From NCBI GenBank assembly GCA_002269645.1, contig NIVC01000910.1:6630-70629 (forward strand): a stretch of 64,000 nucleotides of DNA, read 5' to 3'. How positions within the stretch are numbered: position 1 is the first letter of the stretch; every line of letters starts with the position of its first letter. Position numbers and translations under genes: made by a program. This document shows positions 51,301 to 61,363 of this stretch, piece after piece. Origin of the DNA: Macrostomum lignano. Lineage: Eukaryota. The notes under the pieces were generated by a model. It was not told the DNA's origin. It worked only from the letters and a program-made list of their open reading frames with translations, and did not search any database.

Positions 51301-51529
51301 ACATTTAATATTCCATCGGGTATCGTAAAAGGAGGAGGGGCGTGTCTTTATTTCAATGATTACAATAAAATCAATTTGCAATTCATGTCTAAAATTTGAG
51401 CTACCAACTGTTGAAAAATCACTTGATTTTGGAATTTAAGGATTTTGGAATTTTGGAATTAATTGAAACTTTTGCCTATTAATTAGGCAAAAGTTTCAAT
51501 AACAAGATGCTGCTTTAATAACAAGATGA

Positions 51530-51620
51530 CTGTAAACATAGCTAAGCTGTAAACATAGCTAAGCTGTAAACATAGCGGCTATGTTTTTATTAACACAGAT
51601 TCGAATAAGCGAGGTATATA
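51530..51620 (+). promoter_or_regulatory. Putative promoter: three tandem TGTAAACA (Forkhead consensus) sites followed by TATATAA
   Basis: tgtaaacatagc occurs 3 times at 17-bp spacing (51531-51576). gtatataag at ~51614, about 100 bp before the ATG at 51717. Confidence 0.45.
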
Positions 51621-51716
51621 AGACACCGTATACTTGAATACGGGACATAAGTTTCTACTTCTAATTTGAATTTAACTTCAATTTGATTTTTCTATTCAAA
51701 CATTAAAAAATTTGGA

Positions 51717-52937
51717 ATGAATAAATCGCGCTGCCCTTCATATGTGTACGAGGTATGCATTTCATGCAACTCATGTGAGCTCGGTGGCTTAAAACGTCAC
51801 AAAATGAAAAGCAGCTGCAATGTCAGTCGCTGGCTGCTTTGCCACGAGTGCCAGACGCGTGAGCTCTTTAATGTGCGCCAGCAAGTTCGAGCTCACAAAA
51901 ACCACATTATTATTAACTGGAGCTCACCTGGAGATTTAAAACGAGCCCGCTTTGCTGCCTTGGAGGCTGCCCAGCGTCAAGAGCAGCTCAACATTATCGA
52001 GCGCAGTCGAGCACCGGTCAGCGCACTCAGCCAGACAATTCAGGGCGTCTTTCAGCAGCCTGATGAAGATTTTCAGCACGCTACCGATGCAAACTTTGAT
52101 CTGCTTGCCGCTGCACTTGCCGCTGTGGAGCAGCAATCAGATTTTTTTGGTTCAACCGCTGCGCCAGCTGCTGATGCCGGCCTCCCAGCTGACGGTGCCG
52201 GCCTTCCAGCTGCTGATGCCGGCCTCCCAGCTGACGGTGCCGGCCTTCCAACTACTGATGCCGGCCTCCCAGCTGACGGTGCCGGCCTTCCAACTACTGA
52301 TGCCGGCCTCCCAGCTGACGGTGCCGGCCTTCCAACTACTGATGCCGGCCTCCCAGCTGACGGTGCCGGCCTTCCAACTACTGATGCCGGCCTCCCAGCT
52401 GACGGTGCCGGCCTTCCAACTACTGATGCCGGCCTCCCAGCTGACGGTGCCGGCCTTCCAACTACTGATGCCGGCCTCCCAGCTGACGGTGCCGGCCTTC
52501 CAACTACTGATGCCGGCCTCCCAGCTGACAGTGCCGGCCTTCCAACTGCTGATGCCGGCCTCCCAGCTGACGATTCCACTGGTTTTGCAGCTCCTTCGGA
52601 GTTGGATACTGCCTTCTTCGAGGATGTCGATTTGGAGCCTGTTGAGCTGGCAAATGAAGAAGCTGAGCAGCAACAGATGCCACCCTACAGGCCTGTTCCA
52701 GTCGCAGGAAAAAATATGGAGCAAGCCAGAATGATGGCAGAAGCAAGCCTATCCGATCTCCTGCGAGAATTCGAACCTCCTACTCCACCGGCTGCACCAG
52801 AAATCCAAACCGGTGACATCCCAGTCGTAGAAGCCATGCCACCGATGCCACCGTCAGTCTGCATTCAGCTGGTACTACCGAGCAGAGTCGAGGGCGAGTA
52901 TTTTATTGACCTTGGGGAGGAACTCGCATTCGCTTAA
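51717..52937 (+). CDS. Polinton ORF1, unknown: N-terminal Cys/His cluster, in-frame 14-aa tandem repeats, acidic/Pro-rich C-terminus
   Basis: 406-aa open ORF with CISCNSC..C..CHEC and about 9 copies of ADGAGLPTTDAGLP (42-bp repeat). Confidence 0.65.
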   Translation: MNKSRCPSYVYEVCISCNSCELGGLKRHKMKSSCNVSRWLLCHECQTRELFNVRQQVRAHKNHIIINWSSPGDLKRARFAALEAAQRQEQLNIIERSRAPVSALSQTIQGVFQQPDEDFQHATDANFDLLAAALAAVEQQSDFFGSTAAPAADAGLPADGAGLPAADAGLPADGAGLPTTDAGLPADGAGLPTTDAGLPADGAGLPTTDAGLPADGAGLPTTDAGLPADGAGLPTTDAGLPADGAGLPTTDAGLPADGAGLPTTDAGLPADSAGLPTADAGLPADDSTGFAAPSELDTAFFEDVDLEPVELANEEAEQQQMPPYRPVPVAGKNMEQARMMAEASLSDLLREFEPPTPPAAPEIQTGDIPVVEAMPPMPPSVCIQLVLPSRVEGEYFIDLGEELAFA

Positions 52938-53636
52938 GTAGCTCTTAAAGTGTCCCAGTTCAAAGTATTTAAAAGTAGGGGAAACGAGATTTGTAGATTT
53001 TTAGGGTAAAACCAATGCATTCTACCCTGCATAAATATTAACTAATTACGTTGCACCTCATCGTGCTCATACAGGTTTCTCATAAACAAAGTGAAAAAGA
53101 AAATAATTTAGGCTTACTGTTCAAACTTATTCTTATAATAAAGCTTTAATAAGCAGCTTTAATTAGTAGGGTGACTAACGAGCATGATTTTTTGCATTGC
53201 GAAATGCTTTACCAGAAATATAATGGATTGATGGTTGCTTTTAATGAAAGCTTTTGCACTTTCTTGGACTTTGTTGAATTCATTACTTGTTTTTTTTCAA
53301 TCATGTGAATATCTTCGAAGAAGTTATAGGTTCACTCGCTTATAGAATTACCGTTAGGTTCACAGCATCTACTCAACTCTATGAGTATAATATGGGATTG
53401 ATGATCTATGATACCCAATGTTTAGAATGACATGAATTTGGTTTGTCAAGCATGACTTTGGTTAGATTCAATTTCTGCTCCATAGAGCTCTGAATGCTGG
53501 AAATTTATCACTCCACTACATCTCTGACAGAATCGCTCTTGGGTTAAATTTATCAAACAACACTTTTACACTGGAATTTCAGCAGCATTGAGTTCTTCAC
53601 TAAATGTCGCTCTATTTCTAATATTAATTCTCTGCA

Positions 53637-56600
53637 ATGGCCACCTCATCGAGTCAAGAGGACGAGCCGGTGGACCCAGCTGTCAGCCACGAATTTGGAC
53701 CGAGTGGTAAGTTTTTTCATTCCATTGCTGGTTTTATGAACTCATGCATTTCTGTTTGTTGCATTCCTGTCTCTTAGCAACGGAATTATTTATATTTTTC
53801 TCGCCTACACAACAATTCCCAAATGGTTCCCAACAGGATTAAGCCGGAGAACTCACAATAATGAGACATTTTTATTCCTCATTAGATGAATTGACAAAAA
53901 TGCGAAAGCAGAACTCCATCTATTTCTTCAATAATAACTCTTCAAATTCTTTTTTTACACTTATACGTAGCTCGTATTGATTAATAAAAAAATATTAAAT
54001 CTAGATATAAGGTAGTAGGATAAATAGTATACTCGTAAGTGTAAAAAAGGGCAATAAAATATTCGACTTCCATAACTCCCAGAGACATTTCTCATCATTT
54101 CCACTTTCCATAAATATTTTTAATACTATCTTCCCTTCTTCAATTGTAGGACCTTCATTCACCCTGGCGTTAAAAACCAGCGCTCACGAAGATGTTCTTC
54201 AAGTTCATCGATTTACACCTGGAGCTGCCACTGAAACATTCGAGTTTCTCGATTTCTGCAAAATCGCAGTGCAGCAGTGTCTTGAAATTCGCTTCGACTC
54301 TTCGGATAATTGCTCTGTTAAAGCTCAGATCAAACTGAATTTGCGCATGGTCAGAGTGCAGGCGTCAGAAGCTGTCAAGGGGAGGATAAATGGATGAGCA
54401 CACAACTCGGATTGGTGGTAGATATACAGGAGTTTGATGATTGGTGGAGACAGCAGTTTACAGAGCTGGAGCGCAAAGTCGATGTCTACAACACCAACGG
54501 TAGTGGCTGGATAATTGAAAAAATCAATTTTTTTGAACTTTACTCAGCTCTCGTCGAACGAGTTTCCTACTACACGGGGCATGCTGCGGAATTTATTCTA
54601 CCGACTCCACTTCTTCGGAAGAAGGCGGTTATTTGTCCTCCAAGCAATGGTGTAAATTGCTTTCTTTACGCATGCCTTGCTTTTCTGCACAAGGAAGACA
54701 ACAAAATAAAGAAATCAGCGCAACGCGAGTCTTCCTACACTGACTGGCTGGATGAACTTAACATGAGTGGAATTGACTTGCCAATCAATGTCACCGACCT
54801 TTCCATTGTTGAGAGACTGAACCCGAGACTTTGCTTCACGGTTTTCATCTGGGAGAAAGAGAGCGCTTAAGTCCTCCGCTTGCCTACTGCAGCTACAATT
54901 AAAGATCGAGAAGTTGTTCTACTCTTATTTATTCCACCATCAGAAGACGAGGCCTCGGGTCATTGGTGTGCTGTTTCAAGCATCAACAGGCTTCTTAATA
55001 GCAAGGCAGCTCTGCATCGGCGGAAGTGGTGTGAGCGCTGCTTGCTGCCCTTTCATAGTGATGCAGCCTTTGAAGAACACAGCCGAGCTCCTTGTCAACC
55101 TGGAGTGATCAACGTCAAGGAAGAGTTGCCAGATGAAAGGAATAATATTCTCCGATTCTCATCATGGGAAAAAACAATTAGTCCGCCATTTGTTGTTTAC
55201 GCCGACTTCGAAGCATTGAATGCTCCATGCCAAGAAGATTCGATTGCTGGTATAGCAACGAAGAAGTTAACTGAGCACATTGCTGTTGCTGCTGGCTAGA
55301 TCGTGCTGCACAGAGAAGGGATGACTGGTCTAGCGCCCAGAGGAGCGGATGATAAAGTGAGCACTTTTGTCAGCGACGATCCTAATAAGTGCATTTCCGA
55401 TTTCCTGCAATCGCTGGAGAAGCTCGCTCGTGAAGTTTACGGCTGGAACACGGAGTTCAGTCGACAAGCAGCGATAAGAACAGAGATGGCAGGGCGACAG
55501 TTCAGAGAAGCCACAGCTTGCTGCTATTGTAGAAGCGAATTCACGGAAGGGTCCAATAAACATTGGGATCACGACCACCTCAGCGGAGAATTTCGGGGAG
55601 CTGCGTGTGCTGATTGTAATATGAAGGCCAGACTAAAGAGGTCTTTCCTTCCCGTCGTGTTCCACAATTTCAAGGGGTACGATCTCCATCTCATGATGTC
55701 ATCCGCTTTGGGTCTGATGGAGGGTTGGAAAATCTCCGTCATCCCTCTGAATCCAGAGCAGTTTCTGTCGATGAAAATCGAATTTAAAATCGGCGAGTAT
55801 GAGAGTGAGGGCAAGATCAAGCCTTTAAATTTTACTATTCAGTTCATTGATTCGAATCAATTTCTTAATGCCAGCCTCTCACAGCTCATCAAAAATTTAC
55901 CAGAGGCTGAATGTCGTATCACTAGTCGCCTACGCAGCAGCAGATTCCCACTGCTATCATCCGAAGTGCTTTTCAGCAAGGGAGTTTTCCCGTATGACTA
56001 TCTTAAAAATTCAGACGTGCTGAAGGATGCCGTGCTTCCCAGCCAAGAGAGCTTCTACAATGCTCTGACTAAGAGCCACTGCACCAACTCTGACTATGAG
56101 CATGCTCAACGCGCCTGGCGAGAATTTCAGGTTTCAAATCTAAAAGAGTACATGCTGTGCTACCTCGAGCTCGACATCAGGCAGTTGGCTGATATTTTTG
56201 AAAATTTTCGCAAGATCAGCATGCAAGAGGATGGCCTTGATCCAGTCCATTTTATTTCGACACCAGGCCTATCATTCGCTTCGGCATTGAAATCCATCAA
56301 GTCAGGGATTGAACTGCTAACAGATGCGCAGATGTATTCGCTGTTTGAGCGCGGCATTCGCGGCGGCATGTCGTTTGTTAACATCCACAAAGTGCAGGCT
56401 ACCTCAGCAGCGGGCGCCAGCACTGGTGTTGACAGCAATGAGGATGTTGATGGTGGCACTCCTACTATTCATGCTGGCCTCACCGAGCTTCTTGCTGTGG
56501 ATGCAAACAACCTGTATGGACAGGCGCTCACTATGAACTTACCAGTCGGAGGATTCCGTTGGCTGGACGATGATGAGCTGCTTTTGTGGACTGAAGATCG

Positions 56601-57790
56601 CATTCGAGGACTCAAGCTAACCGATCCACTCGCCTACCTCTTTGATGTTGACCTTGAGTATCCCCCAGAGATTCACGAAACCACCGAAGACCTACCATTT
56701 GCACCGGAAAAGGCTGCCCGAATTTCAGGGAATTTCCTGAATACATGCAGCAGCTGTGGGAAAAGGTCGGTACGGAGAACTCCACCTATCATCCGACAGA
56801 GAAGCTGATGCTCACTTGTCACGATAAGCCTTCCTATGTGGTTCATTCCTCTATTTTGGCGTTCTACCTGAACCATGGAATGCGGGTTAGACGCATCAAT
56901 CGCATGATTGAGTTTCACCAAGAGCCTCTCTTTGCTGCCTACGTCGAGAAAAATAGCCAGAAGCGGGCTGCAGCGAAAACCAACTTCGAAAAGGATTTCT
57001 ACAAGTTAAAGAATAACGCGCTATTCGGCAAAACTATGGAGAATGTGCGAAAGCGGCGTGATATTCGAGTCTGCACCAACGTGGAAAAGGTAAAGGTACT
57101 GCTTGCCAAGCCGACAATTACCAATTTTATCATAATTACTGATTCACTAAGCGTTTTGGAACTGCAAAAGACAAAATTAAAGCTCGATCGGCCTATTTTT
57201 ATCGGGCAATGCGTCCTAGACTTTTCGAAAATGATTATGTACGAGCTGTTTTACGACAAACTGAAGCCCTGGATAGAGAACGATGGAGGTGTCATCAAGC
57301 TATGCGGTGGTGATACCGATTCTTTCTTTCTCTCAATCAGCAACATGAGCGTTCAGTCTAAAGTTCTACCGCTGTTGAAGTCGAAGCAGCTGCTCGACAC
57401 TTCAAACTATCCTCAAGAGCACGCGCTATTCTCGAATGATTTAAAAGCGCGACTTGGCTGCATTAAGGATGAAGCAGCCGGTGCTCGCTTTGAGGAGTGG
57501 CTGCTCCTAAGGCCGAAGCTTTACTCATTCAAGGCGAGTAGCCAAGCCGCGGAAAAGAAGAAGGCCAAAGGAGTTCAAGGATGCATTGTTAAGAAAGAGC
57601 TGGCTCACAGTGACTACCTAAGGGTGTTCAATGAGCTCTGCAGCCATTCTGTCGTTGTTCATCGTATTGCCAGCATCCATCACCGACTGTACACTTTGCA
57701 GCAGCGGAAGTGTGCCTTAAGCATTTGGGAAGACAAGCGCGCTTGGCTGAGCCCTAACTATAGTCTCCCATTTGGTCACATTCGGCTGCT

Positions 57791-57859
<69 letters not shown>

Positions 57860-57947
57860 GCAACAGCAGCAACAACAACAACAACAACAACAACAGCAGC
57901 AGCAGCAACAGCAGCAGAAATCATCAAAACGGCGCCGACTACTTTGA
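53637..57947 (+). pseudogene. polB: Protein-primed family B DNA polymerase, spliced (exon 53637-53706 joined to 54150-57947), disrupted by stops (54868, 55297) and frameshifts (~54390, ~56730)
   Basis: Exo I VYADFEAL, Exo II FHNFKGYD, Exo III YLELDI..LAD. Pol motifs DANNLYG, KNNALFGKT and GDTDS. EndoVII/HNH-like insert CCYC..DHDH..FRGAAC..CN. N-terminal NCFLYA/GHW. Confidence 0.96.
57791..57916 (+). repeat. (CAG)n/(CAA)n trinucleotide tract encoding ~42 residues, nearly all Gln, at the pPolB C-terminus
   Basis: Direct inspection. Confidence 0.97.
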
Positions 57948-58505
57948 AATTGAATAATGAGTACAACAAGCTTGCTAAACAAAAACAATAATTTCTTTGC
58001 GATTTCAAAGTTTCTTTCTTTGACATTGAATAAAGGTTAACCGCTAATCTAAATAGGATTTTTTCCAAATGCAATAAAAACTTTGATCATCTGCTGAGGC
58101 TAGCAACAATTTTTTGCTTCACAATATTTACTTACAATTGCGCGATGATGATAATGAAACCAATGCTTCGTTAGTGGTGGTGTGTGTTTGCGGTGATGGC
58201 ATGTGAGAGTTTTATTTTTTTCTAATTTTACCTGTACTTTGTGGTTGGTTTTTTGAATCCTGATATTGCTTTATAAGTTTTAATATATTCCATCTGCTTT
58301 TGGACTATTTTTTCCTATTTTTGTAGTGGTTTATCTGCTTGCTCGTATTTGCTTTTAGCTTGCTATTTGTTTATCTCTACAAGATGTTCACCACTGGTTT
58401 TTCATTGCAATTAAAAATGAAGACAAAAAAGCTAGTGCATGAGAGAGAATTAATTTGAATATTTTAATTAAACAAGCCGCGATTTATTCTTTCTTTTTAT
58501 TTATT

Positions 58506-59072
58506 TCAGTTTGAAAGCAAGCAAGCTAATAGGGAACGGTCTGATTGTAGCATATGCTTAGACTTTGCTCCGCTGAGCACAAATGAGCCATTGTGAAAAA
58601 GCGTACACTTGCAGTATTGAAGCTGACAAACTAAAGCAGTAAAACTTTCAGGTTCATATTTCGCATTCGGTAGCACTTCACAGAGGTTTCTTAGTGATAG
58701 AGCCTTGGGCAAGTCTATTTTTCCATAAGCAGTAATAGTCTTAATTCGGACACAAACGGATTGACGAGGCAGCAGTTGAGGCGGAACTCTGCGATGCAGC
58801 ATAGCCACGAAGCGACGGGCAGCCTTGACTGAGGCCGAGTAGCTCCGGGCGCCACAGATACTCAGTTGTCCAGTCGGATAGAGCAACAGAGTCACTCTGG
58901 GATTCCGCATCCTCTTGATGAGCACTCGGGGCCAGACGGGGCGATAGATGACATGAGCCATGCTGAGAGCCAGTTCCCGCAGAGGCAACTGGGCACCCCT
59001 GCCTCCAGCCAGCCTCAGATCCACGCCGCCAACCAGATTGGTCACTCGCAGGGCTGTCGCAGGTGTACTCAT
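58506..59072 (-). CDS. TBP: Divergent TATA-binding protein (TBP-fold) homolog, 188 aa, intronless, inside the Polinton
   Basis: Two TBP half-repeats: VTNLVGGVDL..IYRPVW..RMRNPRVTLLLYPTGQLSICGARS..AARRF and IKTITAY..YEPESFTAL..CTLFHNGSFVLSGAKS. These match TBP NIV..[30 protein letters not shown]..AARKY and YEPELFPGL..LIFVSGKVVLTGAK. Confidence 0.85.
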   Translation of the reverse strand: MSTPATALRVTNLVGGVDLRLAGGRGAQLPLRELALSMAHVIYRPVWPRVLIKRMRNPRVTLLLYPTGQLSICGARSYSASVKAARRFVAMLHRRVPPQLLPRQSVCVRIKTITAYGKIDLPKALSLRNLCEVLPNAKYEPESFTALVCQLQYCKCTLFHNGSFVLSGAKSKHMLQSDRSLLACLLSN

Positions 59073-59586
59073 TTAGAGAGTCCTTTCTGTCAGTGGTGCT
59101 GTCTTTGAGAGCCTTTGAGTGGTGCGGGCACACCTCGCTTCTTAAGTTGATACAGAACTTTGGCTTCAGCCAGTTGTAGTAGAGCAATACATTTTTCACT
59201 GCACAACCAGTATCAGATGCTTGAATCAAAGGTGATCCCAGATCCTCTAGGTTGTACACCTGTCTGCCAAGCAGCTCAGTCAGAAAGATGGACTTTTTCA
59301 CCCCGCTTGTCCAGGTGGGGCCGTAAGCAATGTTTAGAATGTCATTTGCCAAATGCATGTACGATCGGGATCCATCTGTCCACTTGAAATGATGCAAATT
59401 CTTTGAGAGCTTTCTGTAATGCACCTGCATCTCAGGTGAGATTCGCTCCCATGAGAACGGAGAGGCGTACACGTGATGAGTGATATGGTAACTGCCTGCC
59501 CGGACTTGGGCAATGGCTAGCTCCTTCACAACGAAATCTCTGCTCGATCTCTCGCGTGGGAAGCCTTGGAAGTCAATATAGTTCAT
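59073..59586 (-). CDS. DEDD/DnaQ-like exonuclease-family accessory protein (the ORF track runs on to 58741, probably because of an indel)
   Basis: IDFQGF..FVVKELAI, H.FKW.DG..Y, SGVKK..L, NLEDLGSP and CAVKNV, a pattern typical of small Polinton nuclease-like ORFs. Confidence 0.6.
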
Positions 59587-59626
59587 GATCGGATGGTTTC
59601 AAGATGCCTGATATCGGGAAGCCGAC

Positions 59627-60319
59627 TCAGTTCCCCTTCTTAAATAGTTTTTTCCTGTTCAGCTGTAGCCAAGCTCTCCCACTCCCGAATCCTTTAACTG
59701 TATGATGAGCAGGGGCGGCCTCTGGAGAAACAGCAGGTTTAGAAATTAGCTGCCTAACTGACTTTCCTATGGCCGAAGCTGGGATGTTAAGCTTTTTATC
59801 TTGGAGCAATGAGACAAACTCACTCCAGCCCACCGGCTCGCTGGCACATTTCGAATCCCTCACGGCACTGTGAAACAAATCCAGGATGTTTGAGGAGGGT
59901 ATTGTCTTCCCACAAATTTGCGCCTCGCCATTTTCGGACACCCGAATCAGAGAAGGATTGCCAGATAGGATGGCCCATAGACTGCGGGCTCTCGCTTTAA
60001 ACTTCTGCGGCACGGATTGGGTGATCTTTTCCCCCCAGCTGCTTGGTGCAATATCAGTTTTCAGCATCTTTGCATCACTCGCAGGTACCGCATCATCCTT
60101 TCCAGTCCGCTTGCGCTTGGCCAGCAAACTCTTCATCGCATCATGGTACATGGCAGCTTTCACATCGTCTGGGCAATCCTCGGCAAGCAAAATATCATTG
60201 CATTTCCTCTGCGCATATCTCACAGCAGTGTCGAGTTCAGACTCAACTGGCTTCAAATTCTGTGTGAGCATGTCGTATTCTGACTTGGGGATCAGAACCA
60301 TTTCTGAGAACTTATTCAT
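59627..60319 (-). CDS. Conserved Polinton hypothetical protein (230 aa)
   Basis: MVLIPKSEY..NILDLF..AVR..EPVGWSEF..IPASAIG motif pattern, located in the Polinton core cluster. Confidence 0.65.
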   Translation of the reverse strand: MNKFSEMVLIPKSEYDMLTQNLKPVESELDTAVRYAQRKCNDILLAEDCPDDVKAAMYHDAMKSLLAKRKRTGKDDAVPASDAKMLKTDIAPSSWGEKITQSVPQKFKARARSLWAILSGNPSLIRVSENGEAQICGKTIPSSNILDLFHSAVRDSKCASEPVGWSEFVSLLQDKKLNIPASAIGKSVRQLISKPAVSPEAAPAHHTVKGFGSGRAWLQLNRKKLFKKGN

Positions 60320-60659
60320 TTTGTTTCTTTTTCTTCACTAGCTTTATTAGAATGTAGAGAATTTTGATAAAACCCGTATTTAGCAGATCCGCAGCTCTTC
60401 TATGTGTAGAAATTTTGCGGATTATTTGCTTTTGCTTCACTAGCGCTGCCTTTTCAGTGAGTGAGAACGACAGAGTGTTTTGCAATAGGTTATAGCAGGC
60501 CTCAATGAGAAATTCATGTACTGCTTTTGGACCCGCTCTGATCAACAGACGTTTAAAGCTGATGGAATATTTCGGTGAGGCGAGAACATCAAACAAACTT
60601 TCATGTGAGTCGAATGTTTCCATTATCATTAGTGTTGCAGAATATAGAGCAAATGGCAA
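60312..60659 (-). CDS. Small conserved Polinton hypothetical protein (115 aa)
   Basis: LIEACYNLLQNTLSFSLTEKAALVKQKQIIRKI helical motif, directly downstream of the ATPase. Confidence 0.6.
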   Translation of the reverse strand: MPFALYSATLMIMETFDSHESLFDVLASPKYSISFKRLLIRAGPKAVHEFLIEACYNLLQNTLSFSLTEKAALVKQKQIIRKISTHRRAADLLNTGFIKILYILIKLVKKKKQNE

Positions 60660-60676
60660 AATCTCGGCTGTTATTC

Positions 60677-61330
60677 TTAAGTGTAAACCAGGTGGGGTCG
60701 CTGATTGGGCAGGATTCGAGCCCGGACCCGCAGCTCATCAGGGGTGGAAGGGTGAAAATCCAGGAGCAGGTAGGCTCCCCTGCCGTGCGATGTCACGTGC
60801 TTGAACACTGACAGCAGAAAGCCGGGCTTCTCAGCAAAACACTGCCTGCCCAGCGCCGCAATCTGCAGCTGGTCTCTGGGGTTCTTCATGATCACAAAGT
60901 ACATCGCATTCAGACTCATTGTTCGCAACTCCTTCCCTTTAAAAAATACATTTTGGGTCAGCATAACCAGAAAGCAGGGCAAATGATGGGCAATTCCAGT
61001 GAAAACATTTCGCATTGCAGCAGAATTGGAAGTTTCTTCAATCAGGTCATCAAATACAACCAGGTCATTGGGTCTCAGTGCGGTCTCGATACTGCTGGGA
61101 AATCCCTGCTGCAAGTGCACGCCGAGACTGCTGAGCTCAGAGTGTGCTGCTTGTGAAATTCCGTAGTACCACAGAACTCTCCCAGGCTTCACATCAAACA
61201 TGACATCCTTGTATTGTATCAGATGTTTCACGAAGGTTGTCTTTCCTGCATTTGTAGGCCCGCTGACAATCATGCAGCTTCCTTGTCGCAGGCGCACATC
61301 ATAACAGTTTATCCGCTCACGTGTTTCCAT
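60677..61330 (-). CDS. A32-like (FtsK-HerA) DNA packaging ATPase
   Basis: Walker A GPTNAGKT, Walker B LVVFDDL, HH..LTQN, arginine-finger region RTMSLNAMY..KNPRD. Confidence 0.95.
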   Translation of the reverse strand: METRERINCYDVRLRQGSCMIVSGPTNAGKTTFVKHLIQYKDVMFDVKPGRVLWYYGISQAAHSELSSLGVHLQQGFPSSIETALRPNDLVVFDDLIEETSNSAAMRNVFTGIAHHLPCFLVMLTQNVFFKGKELRTMSLNAMYFVIMKNPRDQLQIAALGRQCFAEKPGFLLSVFKHVTSHGRGAYLLLDFHPSTPDELRVRARILPNQRPHLVYT

Positions 61331-61363
61331 CGCCTGTTGAGCTAAATCCTTGATTTTAAAAGT

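Noticed and set aside
57776-57988. Poly-Cys ORF on the minus strand
   Set aside because: Antisense reading of the CAG/CAA tract.
59070-59075. Poxvirus-type TAAATG late promoter
   Set aside because: Single occurrence, more simply explained as adjacent stop and start codons; the element encodes no RNA polymerase in this window.
58741-59586. DEDD-TBP fusion protein
   Set aside because: The two are in different frames and an in-frame TAA directly precedes the TBP ATG.
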